Sequence record: OR413578.1 | Length of the DNA stretch: 64,000 nt | Reading direction: 5' to 3' (one strand) | Part shown: piece by piece, positions 1 to 8,226 of the stretch | Layout of the letters: each line of letters starts with the position of its first letter | Numbering within the stretch: position 1 is the stretch's first letter | Translations under genes and position numbers: made by a program | Notes under the pieces: model-generated | What the model was told of the DNA's origin: nothing | The model's input: only the letters and a program-made list of their open reading frames with translations | Databases searched by the model: none

Positions 1-2
1 AC

Positions 3-143
3 TGCAGTGGGATATATGACCATCTGTTGCTGAGCGGATACGATGGCGCAATACACGCAGCCGAAGGCCCGCGCACGCCGGTAACTGTTTATCACACATT
101 TCACCCAGCGCGCATCACTTTCATCGAAACGTTGAGTGTGTAG
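3..143 (+). CDS. 3' end of a hypothetical protein truncated by the window edge
   Basis: Open frame from base 3 to TAG at 141-143, followed by a terminator hairpin. Confidence 0.6.
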   Translation, partial: CSGIYDHLLLSGYDGAIHAAEGPRTPVTVYHTFHPARITFIETLSV

Positions 144-148
144 TTTAT

Positions 149-190
149 CTCCAGTAACCACGAGGGTTACTGGAGTCCTCTTATTTTTTA
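149..190 (+). terminator. Intrinsic terminator
   Basis: CTCCAGTAACC/GGTTACTGGAG 11-bp stem, then a T-rich tract. Confidence 0.75.
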
Positions 191-222
191 CACTTAACTC
201 AAATTAATTTGAGGTGTGGTAT

Positions 223-810
223 ATGACAGAACGTATTTTACGACTGCAAGAGAACAGGTTAGAAGACCTGCACGTAATGCGTAGTCGTGGCTTGTTCCCA
301 GTGGGGCTTGACGTAAGTGGGTTAATAACTTCTGCGCAGCACGGGGACAAGGTCATTACAATGCATTCGCGTGGGAACGAAGTGGTCTCTGCGATTTTCA
401 TCGATAAGGTTATTCCGGACTCGGAAAGTGGTAAGGTGGCGGGACACATCATTTACGAATACTTTCGCAGCATTCTATACGAGGAAAAGATAAACGTCAA
501 AACTTTTATGGAATACGCTAAGCGAAATAACTACATCGATGCGCGGCTGATGGTCACGGAAGGCACTCCAACTATAAACGGTAAAGTCCACCATCGTTTA
601 CTTGGAGCACAGTTGCCGAGACTAGGCGAGATACCAACGACGATAGAGCTGCACCAAAAAACAGATTGGCGACACAAAATCGAAGTGCTTCACAAGCTTT
701 ACGATTTATCGATCGTTCAAATCAAACTGGTGGACTTTACGCCTGCAAATATGCAAATCGCTAAGCGCGCGTTGGGTTTTCGTATTCTTAACACAACCTT
801 CACATTGTAA
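223..810 (+). CDS. Hypothetical protein
   Basis: ORF track 214..810; ATG 223 preferred because GAGGT lies at 211-215. Confidence 0.8.
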   Translation: MTERILRLQENRLEDLHVMRSRGLFPVGLDVSGLITSAQHGDKVITMHSRGNEVVSAIFIDKVIPDSESGKVAGHIIYEYFRSILYEEKINVKTFMEYAKRNNYIDARLMVTEGTPTINGKVHHRLLGAQLPRLGEIPTTIELHQKTDWRHKIEVLHKLYDLSIVQIKLVDFTPANMQIAKRALGFRILNTTFTL

Positions 811-815
811 AATAT

Positions 816-840
816 CTCAGATATATATTACCTAGGTGAG
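816..840 (+). promoter_or_regulatory. phiKZ-type early (virion RNAP) promoter
   Basis: CTCAGATATATATTACCTAGGTGAG contains TATATTAC (reported phiKZ early consensus); near-identical copy at 57918-57943. Confidence 0.75.
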
Positions 841-860
841 AGTTAAGAGATTAACTCAAT

Positions 861-889
861 GGCTACCTTCGGGTAGCCTATTCTTTTTT
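861..889 (+). terminator. Intrinsic terminator-like hairpin in the leader of the 915 gene
   Basis: GGCTACC-TTCG-GGTAGCC followed by TATTCTTTTTT. Confidence 0.8.
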
Positions 890-914
890 AAACCAATCGA
901 CTATAGAGCAAAAC

Positions 915-1316
915 ATGACTATCAAGAAGTTCTTACAAACAGTAGTAGTTCTGGCCGCATGTGGTATCGCAGCAACTTATGCTTTCGATAAGCCAGACGT
1001 GACTGAATACGTATCTGCGGATTCCGATTACGGTATTGCACCGAATGAAAAACCGGAACTGATGCGTGAGGTCGAACAGTTACAAATCTACAAACTGACG
1101 GATGGTAAGAACTGCACAGGGCTGGTTATCGCTGATAAGAAACTGAAAATGTATCAGCGGTTATTCGACATATCGTGCGATCAACCAAAAGTCACTTCGG
1201 TCAGCGTATCGCCGTTGGAATTACCAGATCTGGTTGCTGTGAGTTTTTATCACAACGATGTGCTCGTTGGCCGCATCACCCTCATTCGTGGAGATATCAA
1301 AAATGAAATACAATAA
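915..1316 (+). CDS. Secreted/periplasmic protein, Cys-pair paralog 1
   Basis: Signal peptide MTIKKFLQTVVVLAACGIAATYA; NCTGLVIAD...ISCD motif shared with the next three ORFs. Confidence 0.8.
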   Translation: MTIKKFLQTVVVLAACGIAATYAFDKPDVTEYVSADSDYGIAPNEKPELMREVEQLQIYKLTDGKNCTGLVIADKKLKMYQRLFDISCDQPKVTSVSVSPLELPDLVAVSFYHNDVLVGRITLIRGDIKNEIQ

Positions 1317-1794
1317 CGTTAATCACCACTTGGCCAAAGTGGTGCTTTTTACTGTGCTGCTGATGGCACTTGTTGTTGGGCTACGGATTTCTAAGGCGCA
1401 CGCTGACGAATTCAGCGGGTTCCAGGGCAGTATTAACGGCAGCATTCCAGCATATACCCGCACCATCAATCTTAATGATAAGCCGTTCTGGTGCAACGCG
1501 CGTAAGCTGCTTAAGAAACAGTGTCGTGTAGTTGACATATCCTTCAACGGTCGTGTCGCTATCGTACACCGTCCGGGCGATAAAGATTGCCCAGGTGGTT
1601 GGTGGGGTGCAGTCGACCGTCACAACGGTGACGCGTTATGGCTTATCCCTAATCGTGATGAACTATCAGTGGAGAAAATTTGCAGCAAAGATTTCAGGGC
1701 CGGTTTTGTACAGCGACCTGATACCAAAACTCTGGCCTCCATCGCTATGTACTACGGTATGGAAACCATCAAAACAATCGACTATTCAGAATAA
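1303..1794 (+). CDS. Secreted/periplasmic protein, Cys-pair paralog 2
   Basis: ATG 1303 after GGAG; hydrophobic leader ending AHA; four Cys (FWC..C..DCPGGW..ICS). Confidence 0.8.
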   Translation: MKYNNVNHHLAKVVLFTVLLMALVVGLRISKAHADEFSGFQGSINGSIPAYTRTINLNDKPFWCNARKLLKKQCRVVDISFNGRVAIVHRPGDKDCPGGWWGAVDRHNGDALWLIPNRDELSVEKICSKDFRAGFVQRPDTKTLASIAMYYGMETIKTIDYSE

Positions 1795-1816
1795 CTCAAA
1801 AAATTGAGGTGCTATT

Positions 1817-2227
1817 ATGAAACATTTTTTATTACCAGTTTTACTTGCTACTCTGGCCATTAGCTTCTTCGCTCGTGCTGGAAGTATCGAGTTACCAAAA
1901 GTTGTTAACGATCACGAATACGGCGGACCCTTCTGGTGCCAGAACTCTGACGTACAAGGCGGTAGCTGCCAGATCGTTGCGATGTCCGATAACAACCGTT
2001 ACCTGTTAGTGAAAACTATGGGCGGCGTCGCATGTGGCGACCCTGAATACGGAGTTATTAACATGGCAACCGGGCAAGCCGAATCCATGAACTACAATGA
2101 TAACCAAGCCTGCAGTGGTGAAGCCGTTGCTGAGTTTACTCGCGACCCAGGTGATAATGCCCTGACGGTTATCATGTACGACCCTACGATTAAGAAAAAC
2201 GTAGGTATCAATAAACTCGACTTTTAA
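1817..2227 (+). CDS. Secreted/periplasmic protein, Cys-pair paralog 3
   Basis: GAGG RBS; signal peptide ending ARA; four Cys (FWC..SC..ACG..ACS). Confidence 0.85.
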   Translation: MKHFLLPVLLATLAISFFARAGSIELPKVVNDHEYGGPFWCQNSDVQGGSCQIVAMSDNNRYLLVKTMGGVACGDPEYGVINMATGQAESMNYNDNQACSGEAVAEFTRDPGDNALTVIMYDPTIKKNVGINKLDF

Positions 2228-2240
2228 GTAAGGAAACAAC

Positions 2241-2624
2241 ATGCGTGGATTTATGGGTATTATCGTGGCGGTGTTCTTTACCGCTTCTGCTTCAGCTACA
2301 ACCAGCGTAGAAGATTTACTACCAGGCACACCGTATCAGTACAATCCGCCTTCGTTCGAAGTCTGTACTGGCGACGATGGTAGATGTGAAGAAGTCAGCC
2401 GGCACGACGAGTATATCCTGGTCCACGCAAAGGGCGAGGAAACTTGTCCGGCAGGTTACTACTTTCTGTTGAACTCAAAGGCACAAGAGATTGTGCCTGT
2501 AGAGACAATAACGTGCGACCCGACGCTTCGCGCGTCGCTCGCATACAATACGAAAACCAAACAACGCCTCCTGGTTATTGAACAGCAAGGGGTGGTGCGT
2601 GGTTCAGTAGCGCTCGACCAGTAA
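2241..2624 (+). CDS. Secreted/periplasmic protein, Cys-pair paralog 4
   Basis: AAGGA RBS; signal peptide ending ASA; four Cys (VC..RC..TCPAGY..TCD). Confidence 0.85.
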   Translation: MRGFMGIIVAVFFTASASATTSVEDLLPGTPYQYNPPSFEVCTGDDGRCEEVSRHDEYILVHAKGEETCPAGYYFLLNSKAQEIVPVETITCDPTLRASLAYNTKTKQRLLVIEQQGVVRGSVALDQ

Positions 2625-2633
2625 CCGAAAAGT

Positions 2634-2658
2634 TTTCAGACAGATGTTATAACGTGAG
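2634..2658 (+). promoter_or_regulatory. Early promoter motif variant
   Basis: TTTCAGACAGATGTTATAACGTGAG aligns with the 816, 26228 and 57918 copies. Confidence 0.6.
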
Positions 2659-2678
2659 ATGACGACCCATCTCACTTT

Positions 2679-2723
2679 GGCCCTGCGGCGATATCCCCAA
2701 CACTTAGCCGCAGGGTCCTTTTT
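2679..2723 (+). terminator. Terminator-like hairpin in the leader of the 2754 gene
   Basis: GGCCCTGCGGC/GCCGCAGGGTC 11-bp stem, 17-nt loop, then CTTTTT. Confidence 0.6.
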
Positions 2724-2753
2724 AATCGACTATTACTCGTAAGGATTAAGCAA

Positions 2754-3254
2754 ATGAACATGAACATTCTCGACGATACCCGTTCTTCTTTCTTTACTCA
2801 GATGAACGTCAATCCCGAACGTACCCGCGCTATTCTTTCCACTGGCTGGAAGTTAAAACTGTTAGGCGAGTTAACCCTAAACCGCACCGACTGGCCAGAG
2901 GAAGCGACCGTATTGATTAACAGCATTCACAGCGAGTGGCTAGATGCTGCGTTGAATGCCCCACAGCTTCGCCCGTACTACCGGATGCTCCATGCAGGTT
3001 ATGAAGTGTACCGCAAGGGCTGGTACGATGCAGCCACCTATCGTAGCACCCCTGAAGGTCGTGAAGACAACACTGTCGACCACGTATTAGTAAACAATTT
3101 CTGGGGCGACCAAATCGAAGTCTTACAACTTTCCACCGGTGACCGTATTCCGGCCTGTGAGTTATTCGAAACTAACGCACAAATGTACGAACCGTATGCA
3201 ATGATACGTGGCCGAAAAGTCCCTATCATTTCCCTTATGCATATGGGGCTGTAA
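2754..3254 (+). CDS. Hypothetical protein
   Basis: 166-aa ORF, AAGGA RBS. Confidence 0.85.
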   Translation: MNMNILDDTRSSFFTQMNVNPERTRAILSTGWKLKLLGELTLNRTDWPEEATVLINSIHSEWLDAALNAPQLRPYYRMLHAGYEVYRKGWYDAATYRSTPEGREDNTVDHVLVNNFWGDQIEVLQLSTGDRIPACELFETNAQMYEPYAMIRGRKVPIISLMHMGL

Positions 3255-3261
3255 ATACGAG

Positions 3262-3290
3262 AGGTAGCCTACGGGCTACCTTCTTTTTTT
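3262..3290 (+). terminator. Intrinsic terminator
   Basis: AGGTAGCC-TACG-GGCTACCT followed by TCTTTTTTT. Confidence 0.85.
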
Positions 3291-3308
3291 GTTGAAGAAG
3301 GATTAAAC

Positions 3309-3935
3309 ATGAACGAAATTACCCTGATTCGTTTCATCGACGACATGGTGACGTGTCAGAAAGCGAATCGTCAGGACACGAAACTGCGCATCAATCTGAT
3401 GGAAGAAGAAGTCGAGGGGTTTCTGGAATACCCGCGGCTAGTAAAGTGGTTTAAAGAAGCATTACCACGTAGCTGGGAACAGCTCGAAGCGTGGTTTGCT
3501 CTACCTATTGCAGAACGTAATCCCAACAATACGATCTTCACCGGAACTACTGCATTAGATTTGGCTGGTTCGGTGGAGCAACCTAAACGTTTAGTTTTCT
3601 TCTACGTCAATGGCGATTCAATAATGGCTGATACAGTTAACTGGATTTCTGATGAGTTGACTGTAAACACCACTTTGGTCGGTAGCGCTGCTGATGCCTG
3701 GGTTGTTGGCCAGCACCAATCGCAACCGTACGAAGAAATCAAAACCGGCTATTTAATCCCGATATATCTCGACGGCGTGGCACCCGGTCGTAGTGCCGAA
3801 CTGTTCAAATTCCTGCTTACTGAAACGTTAAAGGTTGTCGATTCTGATGCCGGGCGGGCGTGGTATGAATTAACCAAAGAGCGCACCGATAGTTTTTGGG
3901 AATCACTCGGACACCGTAAGTTTATTCCGCAATAA
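3309..3935 (+). CDS. Hypothetical protein
   Basis: 208-aa ORF, AAGGA RBS. Confidence 0.85.
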   Translation: MNEITLIRFIDDMVTCQKANRQDTKLRINLMEEEVEGFLEYPRLVKWFKEALPRSWEQLEAWFALPIAERNPNNTIFTGTTALDLAGSVEQPKRLVFFYVNGDSIMADTVNWISDELTVNTTLVGSAADAWVVGQHQSQPYEEIKTGYLIPIYLDGVAPGRSAELFKFLLTETLKVVDSDAGRAWYELTKERTDSFWESLGHRKFIPQ

Positions 3936-3945
3936 CTCACCTCTC

Positions 3946-3978
3946 TGGAACCCTTCGGGGTTCCATTTCTTCTTTTTT
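3946..3978 (+). terminator. Intrinsic terminator
   Basis: TGGAACCC-TTCG-GGGTTCCA followed by a T tract. Confidence 0.85.
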
Positions 3979-4031
3979 ACGCATGACCTTTTGGATATGA
4001 ACGACTAATACTTTCTCATTAGAAGGCAAAC

Positions 4032-6542
4032 ATGCTCAAGGTCGAACGTATCATTTTGAAAGGATTTACCGGCATGGGGTTACATGAAATCGAAACGTTT
4101 GATTTCACCCTTAAGTCAACCGTTACCATCATCCTCGGTGGCAACGGCTGCGGTAAAACAAGCCTCCTATCTGTTTTTCTCCCCTTAGCTCCAGCAAAAT
4201 CAGAATTCCGTGAAGGTGGTTCCTACACTAACTACGCGTTAGTTGGGGACGACCGTCTTAAGTTTGAAGTCCTGCGACGCGGGTCTTCTTTGTCTTGTAG
4301 TATTTTCAATATCACTAAAGGTGTCTCCATCGTAGACTCGGTAAACGCCAAAGTTTACAACTCCATGGTGGAGCAATTAACCGGAATCACCAAAGAAATC
4401 AAAGAGTTAATTAATGGTGAGACCTTATTAACTGACGCCACTACCGAAGTTCGTCGTAAATGGTTTACGTTAATGTCAGAATCTGATCTGACGTACGTTG
4501 TTGGTTGCTATCGACGTTTGCGTAAACTCGCTTCCAGTTTAAGTGGGGCCATTGAGCACACCGGACGAAAAATCGGCGAAGCAAAAATGCGCGTCGTTGA
4601 TGATGAAGAAGATCGTGCACGTTTAGAAGTTCGTTTGAAAGAACTCGATGCTGAGCTTCAGGAATTAAACCGCACAATTGAAGCGAGACCCGGTTTAGAT
4701 AACGCCGTTTCGGTTGATAGTATCCGGAAACGCATTGCTTCGTTGCAACCGGCTGTAAAACTCATTATGGAACGTTATGGCGTTCTGCCTTCTGACGAAC
4801 TGATTAACGAGTTTCAAAGTCGTGTGGTTGCCTGGCGTGAGCAAGCTGCCTCTGCTGAAACTGAATGCAACATGTACAATAAAGAGTTGTCACAGCTACT
4901 GGATGAGGAGTCGCGTCAAGCGTATCTGATGCGCAACCATACCGGTCTAAAACAAACAATCGACAGCTTAAAACAGGAACTGGCAACGTTCCAACAGAAC
5001 TGGATGTTCCCGGCTCTGTTTGAAGGTACCCGCATTGATGTGGATAGCATTCAGAACGCGTTAAACGATGCCTGTAACTGGAATTTACCGTTGTCCATGC
5101 ATTTGGACCAGTTAAAGACAACAGATCGCCTGGGAGCGTTAGAGAAGCGTTTACAGGGTATGGATTTAACCTCTGCGGGTCTATCTGAAAAGCTGCAACG
5201 TTGTGAGAATGTGCTACACGGTTTATACCACGACCGTCAACACTTCTTAGAAACTGCAGAAGTTGATTGTCCACAGTGTAACCACCGTTTCCGTCCTGGG
5301 ATTCGTAAGTCGTTACCTGAAATTGAAAAGGCCATCAACGATAATGAAGGTTGGAAGAAGCAGCTGAAAGACGAAATGGATAGTCTTTTGCGTGACCGCA
5401 AAGAGATTGAAGAGGACGTCCGTAGCTTACGTACGATTCGCGAAATCGTCATGTCGTATTCCAACCATCCTGTTGTCGGTTTGTTTTTCCGTAAACTGCA
5501 GGAGCTGGATATCTTCACCACGGCGCGTGATCGTTACGGTGCCATTGCACGTGCCTTTACTGAAGAGCTAGATTCGGCCATGATGTATCTGCGTCAATCG
5601 GCGAAGCTTGCAACAGCGGAACGGGAATGGCAAGAGGCTGTTGCCGCAGTAGGTAACGTTGATGGTGCGCTGAGCCAGAAAATTGAACATATCCGTTCAC
5701 AACTGGACGGGGCTAACCGTCGACTGATAGAATACCGCAGACAAGCCAATGAGCTGGAACGCGAAACCACCCAACTGCAACAAACCAAAGAAGCAATCGA
5801 ACGTTTCCAAAAAGGCTACGAACATCTGGTATCGGAAATGAACATCTCCGTTAACAACGTCGTGGTTCGCGAGTTGTTAAACCGACGCGAAGCGAAGCTC
5901 GATGCGTACACTTCCGCTCGTGAGCGGTTTCGTCAAATGGAAGGGGCTATTGCACGTTTAGCGGAATTAGAAAAAGAGCAAGCTGAGTTGCTCAAAGAAC
6001 ACCATCATGCCAGATTGATTATCAATGCCGTCTCACCCGAAAAAGGATTATTGCGTCGTTACTTTTATGCTGCGATTACCCGCATCATGGATTTAATGAA
6101 TCGGTATATCGAAATGGTGTGGGCATATCCGATGCAGGTTATTCCATGCGATCTAACCGACGGGGATTTGGATTATACTTTCCCGGTGCGATTAAAAGAC
6201 CATGAAGAACTGGTGCCGGATGTGAAGAAAGGTTCGAAGGCACAGCGTATTATCTTTAACATGATGTTTCGTTTAACGGCGTATAAAGCGCTTGGTTTAC
6301 AAAACTATCCTTTGTTATTGGATGAACCCTCTGAAGGCATGGATGAAGAACACAAAAATCGACTGGTCAACTTCATTAAATCGTTGGCGTTGTCGGGAGA
6401 GTTTTCTCAATTGCTGGTCGTTTCGCATGAAGCGGAAGTTCATTCTAAACTTAACGAAGCCACCTACTGTGTCGTGGAGCCAGAAGGTGTAACGCTTCCA
6501 CCGGTTTATAACGAAGGGGTAATAATCAAATATGCATCATAA
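4032..6542 (+). CDS. sbcC: SbcC/Rad50-like SMC ATPase (recombination nuclease subunit)
   Basis: Walker A GGNGCGKT, long coiled coil with central CPQC zinc hook, signature-like GSKAQ, Walker B LLLDEP, H-loop VVSHE. Confidence 0.93.
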   Translation: MLKVERIILKGFTGMGLHEIETFDFTLKSTVTIILGGNGCGKTSLLSVFLPLAPAKSEFREGGSYTNYALVGDDRLKFEVLRRGSSLSCSIFNITKGVSIVDSVNAKVYNSMVEQLTGITKEIKELINGETLLTDATTEVRRKWFTLMSESDLTYVVGCYRRLRKLASSLSGAIEHTGRKIGEAKMRVVDDEEDRARLEVRLKELDAELQELNRTIEARPGLDNAVSVDSIRKRIASLQPAVKLIMERYGVLPSDELINEFQSRVVAWREQAASAETECNMYNKELSQLLDEESRQAYLMRNHTGLKQTIDSLKQELATFQQNWMFPALFEGTRIDVDSIQNALNDACNWNLPLSMHLDQLKTTDRLGALEKRLQGMDLTSAGLSEKLQRCENVLHGLYHDRQHFLETAEVDCPQCNHRFRPGIRKSLPEIEKAINDNEGWKKQLKDEMDSLLRDRKEIEEDVRSLRTIREIVMSYSNHPVVGLFFRKLQELDIFTTARDRYGAIARAFTEELDSAMMYLRQSAKLATAEREWQEAVAAVGNVDGALSQKIEHIRSQLDGANRRLIEYRRQANELERETTQLQQTKEAIERFQKGYEHLVSEMNISVNNVVVRELLNRREAKLDAYTSARERFRQMEGAIARLAELEKEQAELLKEHHHARLIINAVSPEKGLLRRYFYAAITRIMDLMNRYIEMVWAYPMQVIPCDLTDGDLDYTFPVRLKDHEELVPDVKKGSKAQRIIFNMMFRLTAYKALGLQNYPLLLDEPSEGMDEEHKNRLVNFIKSLALSGEFSQLLVVSHEAEVHSKLNEATYCVVEPEGVTLPPVYNEGVIIKYAS

Positions 6543-6723
6543 AGGTTGGCGCTTATGGGCTTGGTGGGGTTTTCAGTTCCTTCAGTTTGTTGTGATGGTA
6601 CTGTACCTCTCCTTTTGTGCAACCGTAGTGGTTATCGCTGCGGTCGTTTATTTAGCTGCTGCTCTTAAAGAACGTCTTTTTGACACGCGTTGTGAGTGGC
6701 GAGATATAGGGGAACGGACATGA
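6532..6723 (+). CDS. Small membrane protein
   Basis: 63 aa with a long hydrophobic stretch; overlaps the sbcC stop. Confidence 0.65.
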   Translation: MHHKGWRLWAWWGFQFLQFVVMVLYLSFCATVVVIAAVVYLAAALKERLFDTRCEWRDIGERT

Positions 6724-6824
6724 TTGAAGGTATCGTATTAACCGGTATTGCGCTGTGGTTGATTCGTGGTGCCTGGGGTTGGATTATCCGCACGAAAGGA
6801 TGGGCGTTCCATGGCAAGACGTAA
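6720..6824 (+). CDS. 34-aa hydrophobic peptide (not in ORF track)
   Basis: ATGA overlap with the previous stop; MIEGIVLTGIALWLIRGAWGWIIRTKGWAFHGKT. Confidence 0.55.
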   Translation: MIEGIVLTGIALWLIRGAWGWIIRTKGWAFHGKT

Positions 6825-7014
6825 ACCTGGTCGTTTAAAGTTTTGGGCAGTTGTGGTAATGCACACTGTAGTGTTGCTGGGTATTTTCATGTCTCGCGCC
6901 ACGCCTGCCTTTTGGGGCTTAGTTGTTTTGGTGTTCTTAGAAGGGGTTTACTTCGGTAATCTGTGGAGCAAGCCCCCGCGTTTAAGGGACCCGGCTTATG
7001 ACAGTCGTGAATAG
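6811..7014 (+). CDS. Small two-TM membrane protein
   Basis: ATG 6811 after AAAGGA; MARRKPGRLKFWAVVVM... basic N-terminus and two hydrophobic segments. Confidence 0.65.
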   Translation: MARRKPGRLKFWAVVVMHTVVLLGIFMSRATPAFWGLVVLVFLEGVYFGNLWSKPPRLRDPAYDSRE

Positions 7015-7129
7015 TGTCAACGCAGCCATGATTGCAACAGGTGCGTATGATGGTGCCACCTGGACAGACCTTGGCATTACGATTATCATCTGTGCAATCG
7101 GAGCATTTCTGGCATCATGGTTATTTTAG
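6998..7129 (+). CDS. 43-aa peptide with C-terminal TM (not in ORF track)
   Basis: ATG 6998 after AAGGGA; ends ...LGITIIICAIGAFLASWLF. Confidence 0.55.
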   Translation: MTVVNSVNAAMIATGAYDGATWTDLGITIIICAIGAFLASWLF

Positions 7130-7224
7130 TGAAGTGGGTTGGGTGTATCATCTGTAGCCTGGTACTAGGAGCAGGCGCATACGCCCTAGGCGCAATCCTT
7201 GCATTGACGCAAGGTTGGTTTTAA
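7129..7224 (+). CDS. 31-aa hydrophobic peptide (not in ORF track)
   Basis: TAGTG stop/start overlap; MKWVGCIICSLVLGAGAYALGAILALTQGWF. Confidence 0.45.
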   Translation: MKWVGCIICSLVLGAGAYALGAILALTQGWF

Positions 7225-7242
7225 CAGGAGGGTAATTACGAA

Positions 7243-7521
7243 GTGGGAGAAGTATCATGTGACAGTGAAACAGTCTCTGATCCCGTGGTCGTGGGTTCAG
7301 GGGCGGCCGAGCCAACCCGGCGTATCGTTCTTTCGAGCGTGGGGATGGCTATAGGGTCTTCAAAGAACCTTCTAGCAGACATCGCGGAAGTCTGCGGGCC
7401 GGATGATTTTGCAGTTTCACGCACAGTCGGGGAAGACTGGCGTGGTAATCAGAAGCGCCATGAGCGAATGTGGCGACGGAAGGTTACCTCAGCATCGCGA
7501 CGTTTTCAACGACGTTGCTGA
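7243..7521 (+). CDS. Hypothetical protein with Arg-rich C-terminus; start uncertain (GTG 7243 or ATG 7345)
   Basis: AGGAGG at 7226-7231; ORF track. Confidence 0.55.
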   Translation: MGEVSCDSETVSDPVVVGSGAAEPTRRIVLSSVGMAIGSSKNLLADIAEVCGPDDFAVSRTVGEDWRGNQKRHERMWRRKVTSASRRFQRRC

Positions 7522-7523
7522 TT

Positions 7524-7654
7524 AAAGACACGGTTCCGATAGAGAACTGGTCTTTACCTGCAGCGGTATACACCGCTAAGCTTTACCGGTAAACTTAAGA
7601 AAACACAAACGCAATTCTTCGTTACTCGCTTTCATCGCAGGTGAAAGCTCACTT
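7524..7654 (+). ncRNA. Candidate structured RNA or regulatory leader of the GNAT gene
   Basis: Five short stems in 130 nt of intergenic DNA plus a 9-bp long-range pairing 7553-7561/7637-7645; folded by eye only. Confidence 0.35.
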
Positions 7655-7667
7655 AGGAATTCAGCTC

Positions 7668-8156
7668 ATGGCCGAAATTGTCATTCTTTCCTCATCCTCA
7701 GATTTAACGGAAGCACAAAATAAACAGCTGTTGGGGCTGCATTATAAATTTCTGAACCACCAACGTACCATACTCCATATCGAAAAAGGTGAGATTCCGA
7801 ACCTCACTCTGGAGAAACTGTTGGCGGGGAACCGTGCCTGCGTTGCTCTGGAAGGGGGTACCCCTGTTGGTTACTGTTTGTATCGCGTAATCGCTGGGGT
7901 TCTGAAGATTCGTACGATGTTCGTGTCTGAAATGGCACGCCGCCGTAAAACGATGACGCAGATTTTTGATGCGCTTGATGTGAATGAACAGTTCACCAGT
8001 GCGCATGGGGGAATATACGCTTGCCAGGAAGCTGGTATTGCGTTCTTTACCGCTCGCGGTTTTGACAAGACCGTCTCTACAGACGGACAATGGCTTGAAT
8101 TTAAGAAGCAGGTTCCTGCGGAAGCAGATGAACCTTTAAGGCCTGCGGTAGCATAG
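7668..8156 (+). CDS. GNAT-family acetyltransferase-like protein
   Basis: VALEGGTPVGYC strand, LKIRTMFVSEMARRRK (motif A-like), AGIAFFTARGF (motif B-like); ATG 7668 after AGGA. Confidence 0.7.
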   Translation: MAEIVILSSSSDLTEAQNKQLLGLHYKFLNHQRTILHIEKGEIPNLTLEKLLAGNRACVALEGGTPVGYCLYRVIAGVLKIRTMFVSEMARRRKTMTQIFDALDVNEQFTSAHGGIYACQEAGIAFFTARGFDKTVSTDGQWLEFKKQVPAEADEPLRPAVA

Positions 8157-8182
8157 TCCTGTTTTAGCACTCCTTACGATTA

Positions 8183-8207
8183 TACCTCACTATGAGTGGG
8201 GTATTTT
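8183..8207 (+). terminator. Probable intrinsic terminator
   Basis: TACCTCAC-TATGA-GTGGGGTA followed by TTTT. Confidence 0.6.
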
Positions 8208-8226
8208 TACGCGAGGAGTGCTATTT

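Noticed and set aside
7553-7645. Canonical tRNA gene
   Set aside because: Cloverleaf-like pairing but no T-loop GTTC, D-loop GG or CCA; kept only as a structured-RNA candidate
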